A stretch of DNA of 63,730 nt, counting the filler, from Craspedostauros australis (lineage: Eukaryota): the NCBI GenBank assembly GCA_030167865.1. It is 6 parts of 6 records of this genome, joined end to end, with 100 filler letters (N's around TTAATTAATTAA, not from the genome) between each part and the next. Parts side by side here need not be neighbours in the genome. Positions count along the whole stretch, not along the records: positions 17,283 to 32,031 come from JALAGF010003947.1; 5 more parts are not named here. One strand, 5' to 3'. The notes below the pieces were generated by a model, which was given only the letters and a program-made list of their open reading frames with translations, was not told the origin of the DNA and ran no database searches. The position numbers and the translations under genes were made by a program. Shown piece after piece: positions 21,630 to 32,131 of the stretch (within the stretch, counting starts at the first letter, position 1; every line of letters begins with the position of its first letter).

Positions 21630-22130
21630 AATTCTTGACACCACCCAAAACAACGAATCTTCGATTTTGCACCATGATCCATGAAACGGCATCAACACAA
21701 AGAGAGAGAGAGAGAGCAAGAGAGATGAAATAGCTTGACTATGTTTGCATTGATGGAGGTATCAGCCAACACTGAGACATTGTCCAACAAAGAAACGAAG
21801 CAAAACAGCAACAAAGCCATGAAGTCATCAAGCAAGTGGCGGCTGCGCAAAATATGGTACGCCAACCAGAATCAACGAAGGCGACCATTGCAAGAGACGA
21901 TGATGATGACGCTGATACAGATGATGAATGGCAAGCGGCAACGAACAGCGATCTCCAACGTGCCGCATCGCTCAGAAACATCAGAAAGGAAGATATCACA
22001 CCAACTGCTCCGGAGTAGAGGAGATCTTGGGACATGGGAAATCGCAGCGCCAACAGTAGAACCAACAGTAATGGCAAGACATGTCATGGCCCATGGTGCG
22101 GTCTGGATTTAAGTCATCAGCAGCCGCGCC
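21630..22130 (-). repeat. Diverged copy of the 3' tail/flank of the ANK-BTB gene (homologous to about 38175-38672)
   Basis: Alignable by eye to the reverse complement of 38175-38672. Shared stretches include CCCAAAACAACGAATCTTC, ACTGAGACATTGTCC and CATCAGAAAGGAAGATATCA..ACTGCTCCGGAGTAGAG. Confidence 0.8.
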
Positions 22131-23116
22131 CACCCACATAAACATCCGATGCGTTGTCGGAAACGGAGATTCAGCACATGTTGGACGGATGCATCTGTGA
22201 GATTGGACGCAGCGACTTTTCCCGAGACCTGCAGAGCCATCAGTTTGGAGATGTTCCTCAGTCCCCACTACACGCACCACAACCAGCCACGCCTGTTCAT
22301 ACCGATGCTCGAAGCGATACGTCGCCACCACAAACCGCANNNNNNNNNNNNNNNNNNNNNNNNNNNNNNNNNNNNNNNNNNNNNNNNNNNNNNNCAATGA
22401 CGTTGGCAACTTCTCCCATTGCTCGTCATCTTTGTCGGCCATACCTATCGAAAACCATGCAGCTGCTGGCATACATGCGTGCCCTGCGCGACATCATGCA
22501 CAAACTGCAGCAGCAGCACCATCACCACCACCAACAACAAGCTAACTGTCGCAATACGCTCCACTTCGTCAAGTTGGATTCCAGTCCAACAAGCCATGCA
22601 TGACGCCAGCGTGGTCTGTCATTGTTTCCCACGCACCTCCTTCCACACCCACGAAACCAACGAACGTGGAAACCATATGATCGGCAATAACGATCACGGC
22701 GATGACAGCGGTGGCTGAACCATCTTCTTCCTGTCGCATTGGCCAATGATGCTGCACAGCAGCGTGCCTTACGCCAACCAGGATCATCTGCAATTCATGC
22801 ACAGAAGACCTTGCGCATCTCGCGGCCCAACCAAGCCGTGCTGCGAACGATCCGGGACTGCATGGAGCAGCATGCTGTGCACATCACCAAAGGCGACGGT
22901 GAAGGAATGCCGGACGCACCATTGAATGAATGGATTACGAATTGCTCCAGCTCCTTTCACATAGTTACTATCCTAATGACTATTCTGACGACTAGGTTTA
23001 TCCGTCGACTCAATTCTGTCATGCGTTCACTTGTGGAAGATTTCTGGTACGGTATGGCATGGTCTGACACTTCACTCCTCTTCCTCGGCAGTGCCGTCCA
23101 CCACAATCACTTCGGA

Positions 23117-24800
23117 TCAATTGGCTCTCAAAGAGCTGGTTCTCATTGAGCGGACGAAGTCCACCAATGTTGCCCGATCCATGTATGAATCCACTTGTTC
23201 TGTACCCTTGTCCTCATCTATGACCTTGTACAGCTCCATCATGGACATGTGGCTGTACTCATCATCAAGTCCGTCACTCTTCATTCTACCATGGCAGAGG
23301 TCATGAATGACTCCCATTAGGTGAGGGTGATGAAATAGCTGCTTGGAATCTGGATGACTGAACAATTTGTTCTCATTTTCAGCTGCCATCCTCATTGCTG
23401 CATCCTTCAACACCACACAGTTGTGTTGATGAGCGAATATCAACACATCTATCATGGTGTCCTCTGTGAGATGCTTGCTGGCCAACTCTGCTTCAAGAAC
23501 AAGCTTGAGTCGCCAGAAGCCAAACTCGTTGGCCACAAGGATCAGCTGTTGCAGATCGTCCTGTCCATTGAGGGTGTGAGTTGGCTGGTGAGAGGCATTT
23601 GTATCGTGGTGTGAGTTGGAGTGAGTGCCAATGTGAGCGCTGACGTGAGCAGCAGCATTGTCACAAGCGCTGTCATTGAAGGATATCTCGCCTGCGTAGA
23701 TGCATTGGAGGACGTATCGGACGTGTTTTGGTTGAAGGTTGGGGAGAGGGATGGTTGTTTCGATGGGGACCGCGCCATCATGGGCACCATTCTTGTAATT
23801 GTAGTAAACTTGGTTTTATGATTACTTGACTGAGGTGCGATGCATTGCTCAGTTTTTTATTATGGTGTAGTGGGTGGCACTAGTGGAAACCCCACGATGT
23901 GTTCATGCATTGCACTTGATGGCTGGGACAGACCTTTGAGAAGGTTACGCAAACCCTTGAGAAGGTTTTGCAAACGCTTGAGAAGGTCGTGTCTTGCCAA
24001 GAGGTCGCCATAGATAGTTGCGTGGGCGCATGTGATTGGGGGTTGGCTTACATGTGCGACGTCAAGGACATGGTCTCAAAACAGACCGTCCGTTGGAGGA
24101 TGTGTGTTGCGTTGGAAAAACACCGATGATGTGGTCAAAAATGTGTGATGGTTGTTTTGGTGCGAACTGGCCAATTGGTATCTTATTTTGTTCGTCTTCA
24201 GTCCCACTTGCAGTCACGATCGATGAGATGAGGGTGATCACAAAATGGACTGATGGTCGACACAAAACCGATTCCGACAATCATTTGCGTGCTGGTGTTG
24301 GATTCCTTTGTTGATCATTGTCTGAATGGATGGAACAGTGACCCTGAGGACTCCAGAGTTTGCCTTGATTGCTTGTTGTTCGTCTTCTTGTCCACACAGG
24401 AAGGTAATGTCTGCAATGGCCTCAGCATGAACAGCGGCGCAACGATCTTGGTCGATGCAGATCTTGAGATGTTGTTTCAACTGCCGTTTCAGTTGTTCGT
24501 TCTCCTGTTGACTTTTCGAGAGCAAGCGATCCATTTCTTCCTTCTCTTGTTTCAGCTGCCGTTTCAGTTGTTCATTCTCTTGCTCCTTCTGTTCCAACTG
24601 CTGTTTCAGTTGTTCATTCTCTTCCTCCTTCTGGGTCTTCTCTTGCTCCTTCCGTTGCAACTGCTGTACCAACTGCTGTACCAACTGCCGATTCAGTTGT
24701 TCCTTCTGTTGCAACTGCTGTTTCAGTTGTTCATTCTCTTGCTCCTTCCGTTCCAACTGTTGTTTCAGTTGTTCATTATCTTGCTCCTTCTGTTGTGGAG
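23117..24800 (-). pseudogene. Decayed coiled-coil-BTB(-BACK) paralog of the 36205-38520 gene, lacking ankyrin repeats and interrupted by an insertion
   Basis: ORF fragments ENEQLKQQL..IDQDRCAAVHAEAIADITFLCG (24756-24280) and ANEFGFWRLKLVLEAEL..YMDRATLVDFVRS (23536-23117) are nearly identical to parts of the 840-aa ORF. An unrelated segment of about 488 bp splits them. Confidence 0.8.
23792..24279 (-). mobile_element. Putative solo LTR / insertion within the BTB pseudogene
   Basis: Absent from the intact paralog. On the - strand it starts TGTCGGAAT and ends ATTACA(AGA). Flanks are ATGAT/ATGGT (4/5 match), and there are three internal TTGAGAAGGT repeats near 23936-23990. Confidence 0.5.
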
Positions 24801-25479
24801 ATCCCAGTCGCGACTTGAAACGTCGTACCTGGTCGAGTCGTTGCTATATGATTTTCTCCACAGCTTTGTTCGTGGAATTCATGCTGTCAGAACTAATACT
24901 ATATTGGGACATTTTGTTGCAGTTATTGTGCACGTCGATATCGGCATTGGCTGATGCAATGAGGTACTCGACACTATTGAAACGGTGACGGTAGGAGGGT
25001 ATAAGATCGTATCCAACGTGTTGACTTGCGGATTGTGTCTGTTTCTTGTCGTTTGGTTCCGATGTCCTTTTCTCTGTGTTGCGCCTTTTGCGCTCGTTTC
25101 TGTGGCTGTTGTTGCTCGCTGCTGTTCGTGACTCACTTGAGTACTCGTGACCGGTTTCGCTCCAATACGAGCTTCAGGTCGTAGTTGATGCACCAACGAT
25201 AACACTGGAGTGGTACTCTATCCATGCAGGCACAACAGCAGTAGTCGTATGGTACGACGAATGCTCATTCATTTTATTGCATAATATTTGGAAGTGCCTC
25301 GGTCCCATACATGGGGCAAAGGCATGCACTACTCCTCATCGATACGAGGTACACGAAGAAGTGCACACCAATGCTTGTGAGATCCTGGGAGATTGATCGT
25401 CGTGCCCATCATTGGCCGAAGCACATATGAAATGCAGAGAAGTGAGCAGCGGATGCACCCACCAATCGAATCACGCATC

Positions 25480-28400
25480 TCACAGCACCTCGCTTGACAA
25501 CATCTGCTCCACCAGCTCGACGGCTTCGCTCACTTCTGCGAACTGCTCCAGCACTTGGACGTGCTTTTCCAGCACGGCCGGGGAATCGGCAAAGTACTTC
25601 GTCTCGAGCGCGCTGTCCGTCACGCCACCCAGCAGCATGTCCTGCAGATTTCGTTTCAAGGTGCGGCACGTTTGCCAGCAGATCATGGGCATCCGATCCA
25701 TGATGCGCCGCGTCGCCATCTTTCCGTACGAGCTTAGGATGAACTCCATCTCCTCCGCCATGTACATCGTCACGTTCGCGCTGCTACCATGGCCTGCATT
25801 GCTCCCTCCTCCACCGCCGATATTCTCGGCCTGCTGTGGATCGCCCCATGACGACGAGCTGAACCCAGCCTGATGCTTATTGAACACGCGGTCCAAGATG
25901 GCAAGCAACGCCTCGCGGTCGTACACGACATCCTCCTTCTGGCGGAGCTTCAAGTTCCATTCCAAGTCGTTGCGCAGGTTGGAGTATCTGGATTTGGCGA
26001 TCTCTCGGATCAGCGCGTCGTCTTGCGTGTAAGGATGGTGCTGCTCCATCTCAAGATGGTCTTCCACCTCGTTCTTTGCCTTCTGGATCAGCTCTTTCGT
26101 CATGTCATGGCACGTTCGGATCATCATGGAGCGCAGGTTAGGGTACTTCGCTGCCAACGACGATGACGACGACACAGCCAACCCAGTGGAGCTCGTCCTT
26201 CCGGTATCGTTGTAAACACCAAACACCTCATCCCAGCATGCCTCCACTGTACCCATGAGGATGCCTTCCACTTGCTGCATCAGGTCCACGCACGGGGGGA
26301 TCCAATCCGACTGGACGAACTCGGCGACAATGTGACGGAATTGATCCACGTTGATGAAGCACGCCAGGTCGTCCGTCATCTGCAGCTTCTCCATGAGCCA
26401 CGACGGATCTGTTCGAATCCGCGCCAATGGTATCTTCCGCAGGCTATCGAAGCGATTGTAGTCTCTCGCGATGTACACCTTGATGCCGTCTGTCCACACA
26501 TCATCCACTTGGTACGACTCCTGACCAGCCTCCTCGTCGCACGCTTGATCCAAGTACGATGGTGGTGGCGGTGGTGGGTTGTTGTACCCGACAGCGTCGA
26601 ACAGCACGTCCGTGGTATGATCGCGTGGATCCAGAAAATCAACACAGGCGTACGACTCCTCGTCATCGCTGCTGCCATCAATGGCACCGTGCCGGTTGCT
26701 GGCAGCATGATGGATGTGCACGATCTCACCACGGACATCAATCGTTGGGTGCAAAGGGGACCGCACCCAGACATGGGTGCCCTCAGTGAGAGACTGGATG
26801 GTCGCCAATGCGCTCGATCGAACAGACGACCGGAATTCGTTAATGGCTTGATGCAGTTGTGTTGCTGCCATGGGGATCTTCGAATGCTGCTTGCCTGTGC
26901 CGGTGCCATTGCTGCTGCTGCCGTCACCGCTTCTGGTTGTGCATGCATTTGTGTCTGCATTTGCAAAGATACTACCTCGATGAGCAGCCTCAGACACCGC
27001 GCCGTTCGCAGAGCTTGTACTCGCTGAAGCAAACGAAGATCCGCTGCCACCGCTACCACTACCGCCATCGTTGCCTGGCTTTGCTTTGCGTCTCGATCTC
27101 AGCAATCGAGACCTTGAGCGTCCACCTTTACCGGACAGTGATCCATCCAGCAGATGAGCAAATTCCTGGATCATCTCCTGGTAGCATTGGCGGCGTTCCA
27201 GCGGGGTGGTGAAGAAGGTCCCCAACGCATCCAACTGAACCTGACAGTCATCGCGCTGCTGCGTCAATTCCTGCAGCAACGGAGGCAGCATCATCATGGT
27301 GCGTCGCCACTGCAGGTTGACCAAGTACCGGCGCAGGTTGGGAACGCCCAGTTGATCCGCCGCCACTGCCTTCCATGGCGATTGGTCATGAGCGAAGAAT
27401 TTGTCCTCAGCATCCCACCCTTGCGACACAGACGACGAACTGTCCCGCGCTGCTTGGCCGCGGTTCTTGACCAAGAACCAAGGCTGCGACGGCGACTTGG
27501 TGGATTCTCCGGAGCTAGTGACACTGGTACTCGCATGGTCGAGAAGCAGATCCAAGACGGGCTGCTCGCTTCCAGGATCCATGAGATCTGGCTTGGTGAA
27601 GACGGGGATGGTGCGTTCCCCAGAGGGATCAATGTGAGGCTGTCGCATCCACTGCAGGACTGTGGAGTTGTGGATATCCACCGGCGCTGGCAGAACGGCA
27701 AGGACGAAGCAGTTCGGGTTCATGCAGTAGTCCTGCATGACGTCGTGCACCTGCTGCTGCAATGATTGCTGATTCTGCTGCATCTGTCGCAAATGTGGTT
27801 GCTGATTGTGCGAAGTTTGCGAGCTGTTCAGTTCGTCCTGCTCCACCTTCTTCTCCTCTGTGGCGGGAGCATCCAGCAGCGACGATCCTGCGTACACATG
27901 CCGTTTAGATTTGCCGTCGGCAGATCCAGAAGGCGAAACAGCCGCGGAGTCCTTGGAGGCATCGAACTGGACCAACCCAGGCAGGTCCACGAGAGTGAGC
28001 GTCGTCGATGTCCTCGTGCTGGTGCTTTTGCTAATGACGGTCACATGGATTTGGTCCGGCGCGATGCGAGCGGGCGAACGGTGTTCCAGGATGCAGTCCT
28101 GAGCGAGCTGAATCGAACCGGACAATTCCTGCGAAACTGCGGCAGGGCCATTGAGATGGATCGACGGGAAGGTTGGTGGCGCCACTTTATCATGGTGATG
28201 CTCCAGCTCGCGTTTGCGGTCACGCGCCGGAGATGGATGTGTGGGTGAGGCGGGTCTGTCCTCGTGGCGAAAAACAGAGGCAGAAGCAGAAACAGATGTC
28301 GCCGCTGGTTGCCAGGCGATTTGGACTGTGGCTTCGATCGAGCTGATTGTGCGCTTCGCATCCGCGGGCTGCTGGATGAGCTGGATGACGATGGGACATC

Positions 28401-29127
28401 TTGTGGTGAGGGTCGATGATGACGGCAGCTCCAACCCTGAAAGGCTCGACAACAGAGACGATTTGCCACTCGAGGTGTCCCCCATGACCGCGATCATAGG
28501 AAGATCCATGTACTTGTGTAGCGACGACGTCGAATAGCGGAGCACCAAAGATTGCAGCAGCTCCGCATGCTGTTGCTGCAACCTCGAGGCTTCTGATGTC
28601 ACATCCCACACGGCTGTTGTCATCTTCTCGGAACTATCGCTCGAACCTGCGTTGGTTCCTGCATTGATTCCTGCATTGATTCCTGCATTGATTCCTGCGT
28701 TGGTGAGCGATGATTCCCCCGATACATCTTCGGCATGTTCCATCGCTCCCGTCTTTGCTTGTTGTTCGATTTCTGCCGTGTCGTCAGCTGCGGGTTCAGC
28801 GTTGATATCTGCTTCGTTTGCGTCCATTTTGGTGTGAGTTGGGTGCTGAATTTGTTCAGATTGTTGGTTGGATTGCAATTGCGGCTGCTCTGCTGTATCG
28901 TTCGAAGCAGCAGTCACTTCTGCTGTTGTGGACATGTCCAAACTGCGGAGAGTTTTTGTGGTTGCCTCTGCAGATGTCTGTGCAGATACTATTGGTGTTG
29001 CGGGCGGCACCAATGATGATGAAGATATGGATGAAGAATTGAAATGAGCCGCGGTCTCGACTCTATTGGGTGCGCTGCTGTGCACCGCCTCTTCCGAATG
29101 ATCGATGGTTGATACGGGCTGGCCCAT
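25480..29127 (-). CDS. Dynamin-superfamily large GTPase (Mx/Vps1-like)
   Basis: G1 LPMIAVMGDTSSGKSS, G2 TRCP, G3 LVDLPG and G4 TKPD; VKNR; middle-domain PYTQD; GED-like SYGKMATRRIMDRMPM. Likely ATG at 29127. Confidence 0.9.
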   Translation of the reverse strand: MGQPVSTIDHSEEAVHSSAPNRVETAAHFNSSSISSSSLVPPATPIVSAQTSAEATTKTLRSLDMSTTAEVTAASNDTAEQPQLQSNQQSEQIQHPTHTKMDANEADINAEPAADDTAEIEQQAKTGAMEHAEDVSGESSLTNAGINAGINAGINAGTNAGSSDSSEKMTTAVWDVTSEASRLQQQHAELLQSLVLRYSTSSLHKYMDLPMIAVMGDTSSGKSSLLSSLSGLELPSSSTLTTRCPIVIQLIQQPADAKRTISSIEATVQIAWQPAATSVSASASVFRHEDRPASPTHPSPARDRKRELEHHHDKVAPPTFPSIHLNGPAAVSQELSGSIQLAQDCILEHRSPARIAPDQIHVTVISKSTSTRTSTTLTLVDLPGLVQFDASKDSAAVSPSGSADGKSKRHVYAGSSLLDAPATEEKKVEQDELNSSQTSHNQQPHLRQMQQNQQSLQQQVHDVMQDYCMNPNCFVLAVLPAPVDIHNSTVLQWMRQPHIDPSGERTIPVFTKPDLMDPGSEQPVLDLLLDHASTSVTSSGESTKSPSQPWFLVKNRGQAARDSSSSVSQGWDAEDKFFAHDQSPWKAVAADQLGVPNLRRYLVNLQWRRTMMMLPPLLQELTQQRDDCQVQLDALGTFFTTPLERRQCYQEMIQEFAHLLDGSLSGKGGRSRSRLLRSRRKAKPGNDGGSGSGGSGSSFASASTSSANGAVSEAAHRGSIFANADTNACTTRSGDGSSSNGTGTGKQHSKIPMAATQLHQAINEFRSSVRSSALATIQSLTEGTHVWVRSPLHPTIDVRGEIVHIHHAASNRHGAIDGSSDDEESYACVDFLDPRDHTTDVLFDAVGYNNPPPPPPSYLDQACDEEAGQESYQVDDVWTDGIKVYIARDYNRFDSLRKIPLARIRTDPSWLMEKLQMTDDLACFINVDQFRHIVAEFVQSDWIPPCVDLMQQVEGILMGTVEACWDEVFGVYNDTGRTSSTGLAVSSSSSLAAKYPNLRSMMIRTCHDMTKELIQKAKNEVEDHLEMEQHHPYTQDDALIREIAKSRYSNLRNDLEWNLKLRQKEDVVYDREALLAILDRVFNKHQAGFSSSSWGDPQQAENIGGGGGSNAGHGSSANVTMYMAEEMEFILSSYGKMATRRIMDRMPMICWQTCRTLKRNLQDMLLGGVTDSALETKYFADSPAVLEKHVQVLEQFAEVSEAVELVEQMLSSEVL
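28646..28700 (-). repeat. In-frame 12-bp tandem repeat (GINA)x3 plus GTNA inside the dynamin N-terminus
   Basis: CCTGCATTGATT units are visible on the + strand. Confidence 0.85.
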
Positions 29128-29966
29128 CAACGCCAACTCCTATACTCCGGTTCTTTCCACTGCTACTGCTGCTTTTGCGGCTACTCCTCGTTGCACTGAC
29201 CGACGAGGTCGGAGACGGTTGGAGTCGAAGTCGACGTCAATGCCAAGGGTCGTCGAGGCGATTGTGGAGATGAAGGTGAGATGAAATCGGGCGGGTGGAG
29301 TCCAAGGTGGATCGAGTTGGACCGAGTTGGATTGAGTTTGGGCTGACGGAGAACACATCGATGATGTGCGTGCCCAGTTGTCTCCACCACCACCCAACAA
29401 ATGACGATGGCGACATCACCACTGTCAGCAACGAAAGCAACTGATGAGACATCAACAAGGGGAAGCGCAGCAGGTTGGGACGTTTGTTTCGTTCCGAGAT
29501 GTGCTAACTCCAATCGTGGAACAATCTTGTGACTTTCGCTTCATTGGAGTCGTGCCCAATGATCGGCCGACTGGCTTTCATGTGTATCGCTGTGCGCGCC
29601 TTCCGACTCCCCAACCACCTTTCTTCTCCGATCGACATGAAAAGGAGAACACTTCCTTCCCCATTCCACAAACGAGAACCCAGATGGACGATGGTTCTCG
29701 TTGTCCCCTCCATCTGGAGCACAAGCAGCAGCAACAACAGCGTTGGCATGCCCATGGTCATGCGCCTTTCTCTCTTTCCCTCTCATCTCCCTTCATCCCA
29801 ACCCATGTGATGGATTTGGACCGGTGGTGTCCGCTTCGTCATGTGACCATTTCATGCATCAAATCCAATCCATTCCATTCAGGCATCCATCAAGCCATCC
29901 ACTCTGCGCTGATCTTGCAGCATCCTGATCTACCGACTAGTCAAACCGCACGCTATCTGAAGAACA

Positions 29967-31817
29967 ATGGGAGCCAGACAAGAAATCAAACCACAGGCTC
30001 CATCACCATCACCACCACGATCGCTGACGCAAACGCCGTCCAGCACAATGCACATCCCTACCTGGCTCTGTTGGGCAACCAACATCTTTGGACAATTGAG
30101 CGTCGTGTGCTTCTCGGGAATCATCTTTGGATGGGCGCCGTTGGAGCTCATACTGCTTCGCGAGGGACAGTATTTGGAGCTTTGCGTCGCCATCCACAAC
30201 GGCACGACTGCCGCATCTTTCTCGGGTGATGGAGCCAGTCGGATGGATTGCTCCGAGCAGACGAATACGTTGTTCGGTATGTTCACGCTGGCGCAGTTCT
30301 GGCTCTCCTTCGCGTCGTTGCCAGTTGGATACATCTTGGATCGCCTCCCGAAGTCCACGGTGCTATCGCTCTGCGCGGTCATTCAAATAACAGGCCTATT
30401 GCTTTTTGCGATCTCCGAATCCAACGATCATCATGAAGCAACCCTCGGTGCCGACGGCTTTGGGCAATCCACCTCAGCGACGAACAGGAGTGCCGCTGGG
30501 GGCGACTACTTCGCGCTGGCATATTCTCTGATGGGTATCGGTGGTTGCATGACCATGCTGAGCTCCTTCCCGGCGACCTTCCTGCTGCTGCAAGCACAGA
30601 CGCTGCTCTTGGCGGCCTGCAGCTGCCTGTTCGATGCATCATCCGTCGTGTTCTTCGTCTTCGAAGTCCTTCAGGAAAAGTTTGGAGTGCAGCGACGTCT
30701 CCTCTTCGCCGCCTACGCAATGTGGGCGCTGGTGGTGTACTCGACTCTCATCGCTTGCTGGATCGTTCTGGAGCGGCGAGATTGGAAGGGCTTTGTGAAA
30801 TCGCACAATGCGGTTGACGCTGCCAAGGCAGCTGGTCATCGCGAACCCAATAATGGCAAGAATGACGATGAGAACAACGAAGATAGAAACGCCATCCAGT
30901 GTCAGCAACTGCAGCATAATTCATCGCTTCCAACAGAGACTGTTCCTCTCATTGCGGAAGCACAACACAGTGAGGACATCGTCGTGGTGACACGTATTCA
31001 ACGAAAACCTAAACAGACGCAGAAAGTGCCGCACCAGCACCGACAACAACAACATAAGCAGAGCCGCGATGGCAAAGTGCGCAGGGTACGAGTAGACCCA
31101 CACGTTGTCTGGATCGAACGGCGAGGCATCCAACGACTTCCAGTCGGGGAGCAGATGCAGACCTACGACTTCGGATTGGCGCTCATCTTTGCCAGCGTGC
31201 ACATGATGCGAAGCAACTTCTTCATCATGACGGTAGACGACTTGCTTCTCCACTACGGCGATGTCACCAGCAAGTATGCCAAGATCTTCAGCTGGGTCCT
31301 CCCGTGCGGCGTCATCTTCGTGCCCTGGATCGAACGGACGGCTTCCATACTTGGCATCCATGGCATGATCCACGTGGCCAATGGCCTGGGCGTGATATTC
31401 GGCGTGATCCTGTGCATCCCATCCCTGAATGTGCAGGTCGGCAACTTCGTCCTCTTCACGGCATTCCGCGCCTACCTGTACGCTACGCTGAACACGTTCC
31501 TGGCCATGACGTTCGGTGTGGAGACCATGGGGCGGACGTTGGGCTGCGTGTTCACAACCGCGGCAGTCTTCACTCTGGTTCAGTACCCGCTGGCGGTGTG
31601 GACGGAGTCGTACGCGGATGGCAAGTATTCATACGTCAATAGTATGCTGGTGCTGGTTTGCGCGCTGCCGATCTACTGCGCTCATCTTTACAGTCGCATG
31701 TCCCATGCGGATCAGGGCGATGGCATCGACGCTTCCATCCTCGGGGAATACGAGAATACACACGATGTGGAATCCTCGTATGGAAGCGTCGACCTAGACG
31801 TCGACAGCGATGAATGA
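29967..31817 (+). CDS. MFS transporter, SLC43/LAT3-FMP42-like (putative amino-acid transporter)
   Basis: About 12 hydrophobic segments; SGIIFGWAPLELILLREGQY.ELC; MFS motif A-like GYILDRLPK; LFDASS; FG..TMGR..G. Confidence 0.85.
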   Translation: MGARQEIKPQAPSPSPPRSLTQTPSSTMHIPTWLCWATNIFGQLSVVCFSGIIFGWAPLELILLREGQYLELCVAIHNGTTAASFSGDGASRMDCSEQTNTLFGMFTLAQFWLSFASLPVGYILDRLPKSTVLSLCAVIQITGLLLFAISESNDHHEATLGADGFGQSTSATNRSAAGGDYFALAYSLMGIGGCMTMLSSFPATFLLLQAQTLLLAACSCLFDASSVVFFVFEVLQEKFGVQRRLLFAAYAMWALVVYSTLIACWIVLERRDWKGFVKSHNAVDAAKAAGHREPNNGKNDDENNEDRNAIQCQQLQHNSSLPTETVPLIAEAQHSEDIVVVTRIQRKPKQTQKVPHQHRQQQHKQSRDGKVRRVRVDPHVVWIERRGIQRLPVGEQMQTYDFGLALIFASVHMMRSNFFIMTVDDLLLHYGDVTSKYAKIFSWVLPCGVIFVPWIERTASILGIHGMIHVANGLGVIFGVILCIPSLNVQVGNFVLFTAFRAYLYATLNTFLAMTFGVETMGRTLGCVFTTAAVFTLVQYPLAVWTESYADGKYSYVNSMLVLVCALPIYCAHLYSRMSHADQGDGIDASILGEYENTHDVESSYGSVDLDVDSDE

Positions 31818-32031
31818 TCAACACGTCGCGTGGGTGAAGGTTTGGAACTACTCTGGAGCGTGTGAAACGAAAACAACACATATCGACAAATCAAGGCTCT
31901 GGTTATCTCCGTTCTCGCTCGATCTATCTCTCCGTCTCGAGATTACGTGTAAGCATGATCTGTGGTACGACTAGAGCTTGTATAAGATCCACCGAGTTGT
32001 CACAACTTGACAAATTGAAGTTGTTGGCGTT

Positions 32032-32131
32032 NNNNNNNNNNNNNNNNNNNNNNNNNNNNNNNNNNNNNNNNNNNNTTAATTAATTAANNNNNNNNNNNNN
32101 NNNNNNNNNNNNNNNNNNNNNNNNNNNNNNN
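32032..32131. other. Artificial scaffold-concatenation linker
   Basis: 44N-TTAATTAATTAA-44N. Confidence 0.97.

Noticed and set aside
21167..21719. ORFs encoding poly-WM, poly-HP, poly-ST, poly-CG and poly-DV
   Set aside because: These are translations of the stop-free (GATGTG)n microsatellite. It is also not a CRISPR array (no spacers) and not a TTAGGG-type telomere.
22340..22394. N-runs at 22340-22394 and 54327-54467
   Set aside because: Ordinary intra-scaffold gaps; ORFs that span them are not reliable.
23792..24279. Insertion read as a GT...AG intron rescuing the BTB gene
   Set aside because: The donor is weak (GTCGGA), and splicing at the evident sites gives AAT GAT TAA, an immediate stop.
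24253..24954. Leu/Phe/Gln-rich 'membrane protein' ORF (also 36925-37257)
   Set aside because: Antisense shadow of the Glu/Gln/Lys coiled-coil repeats.
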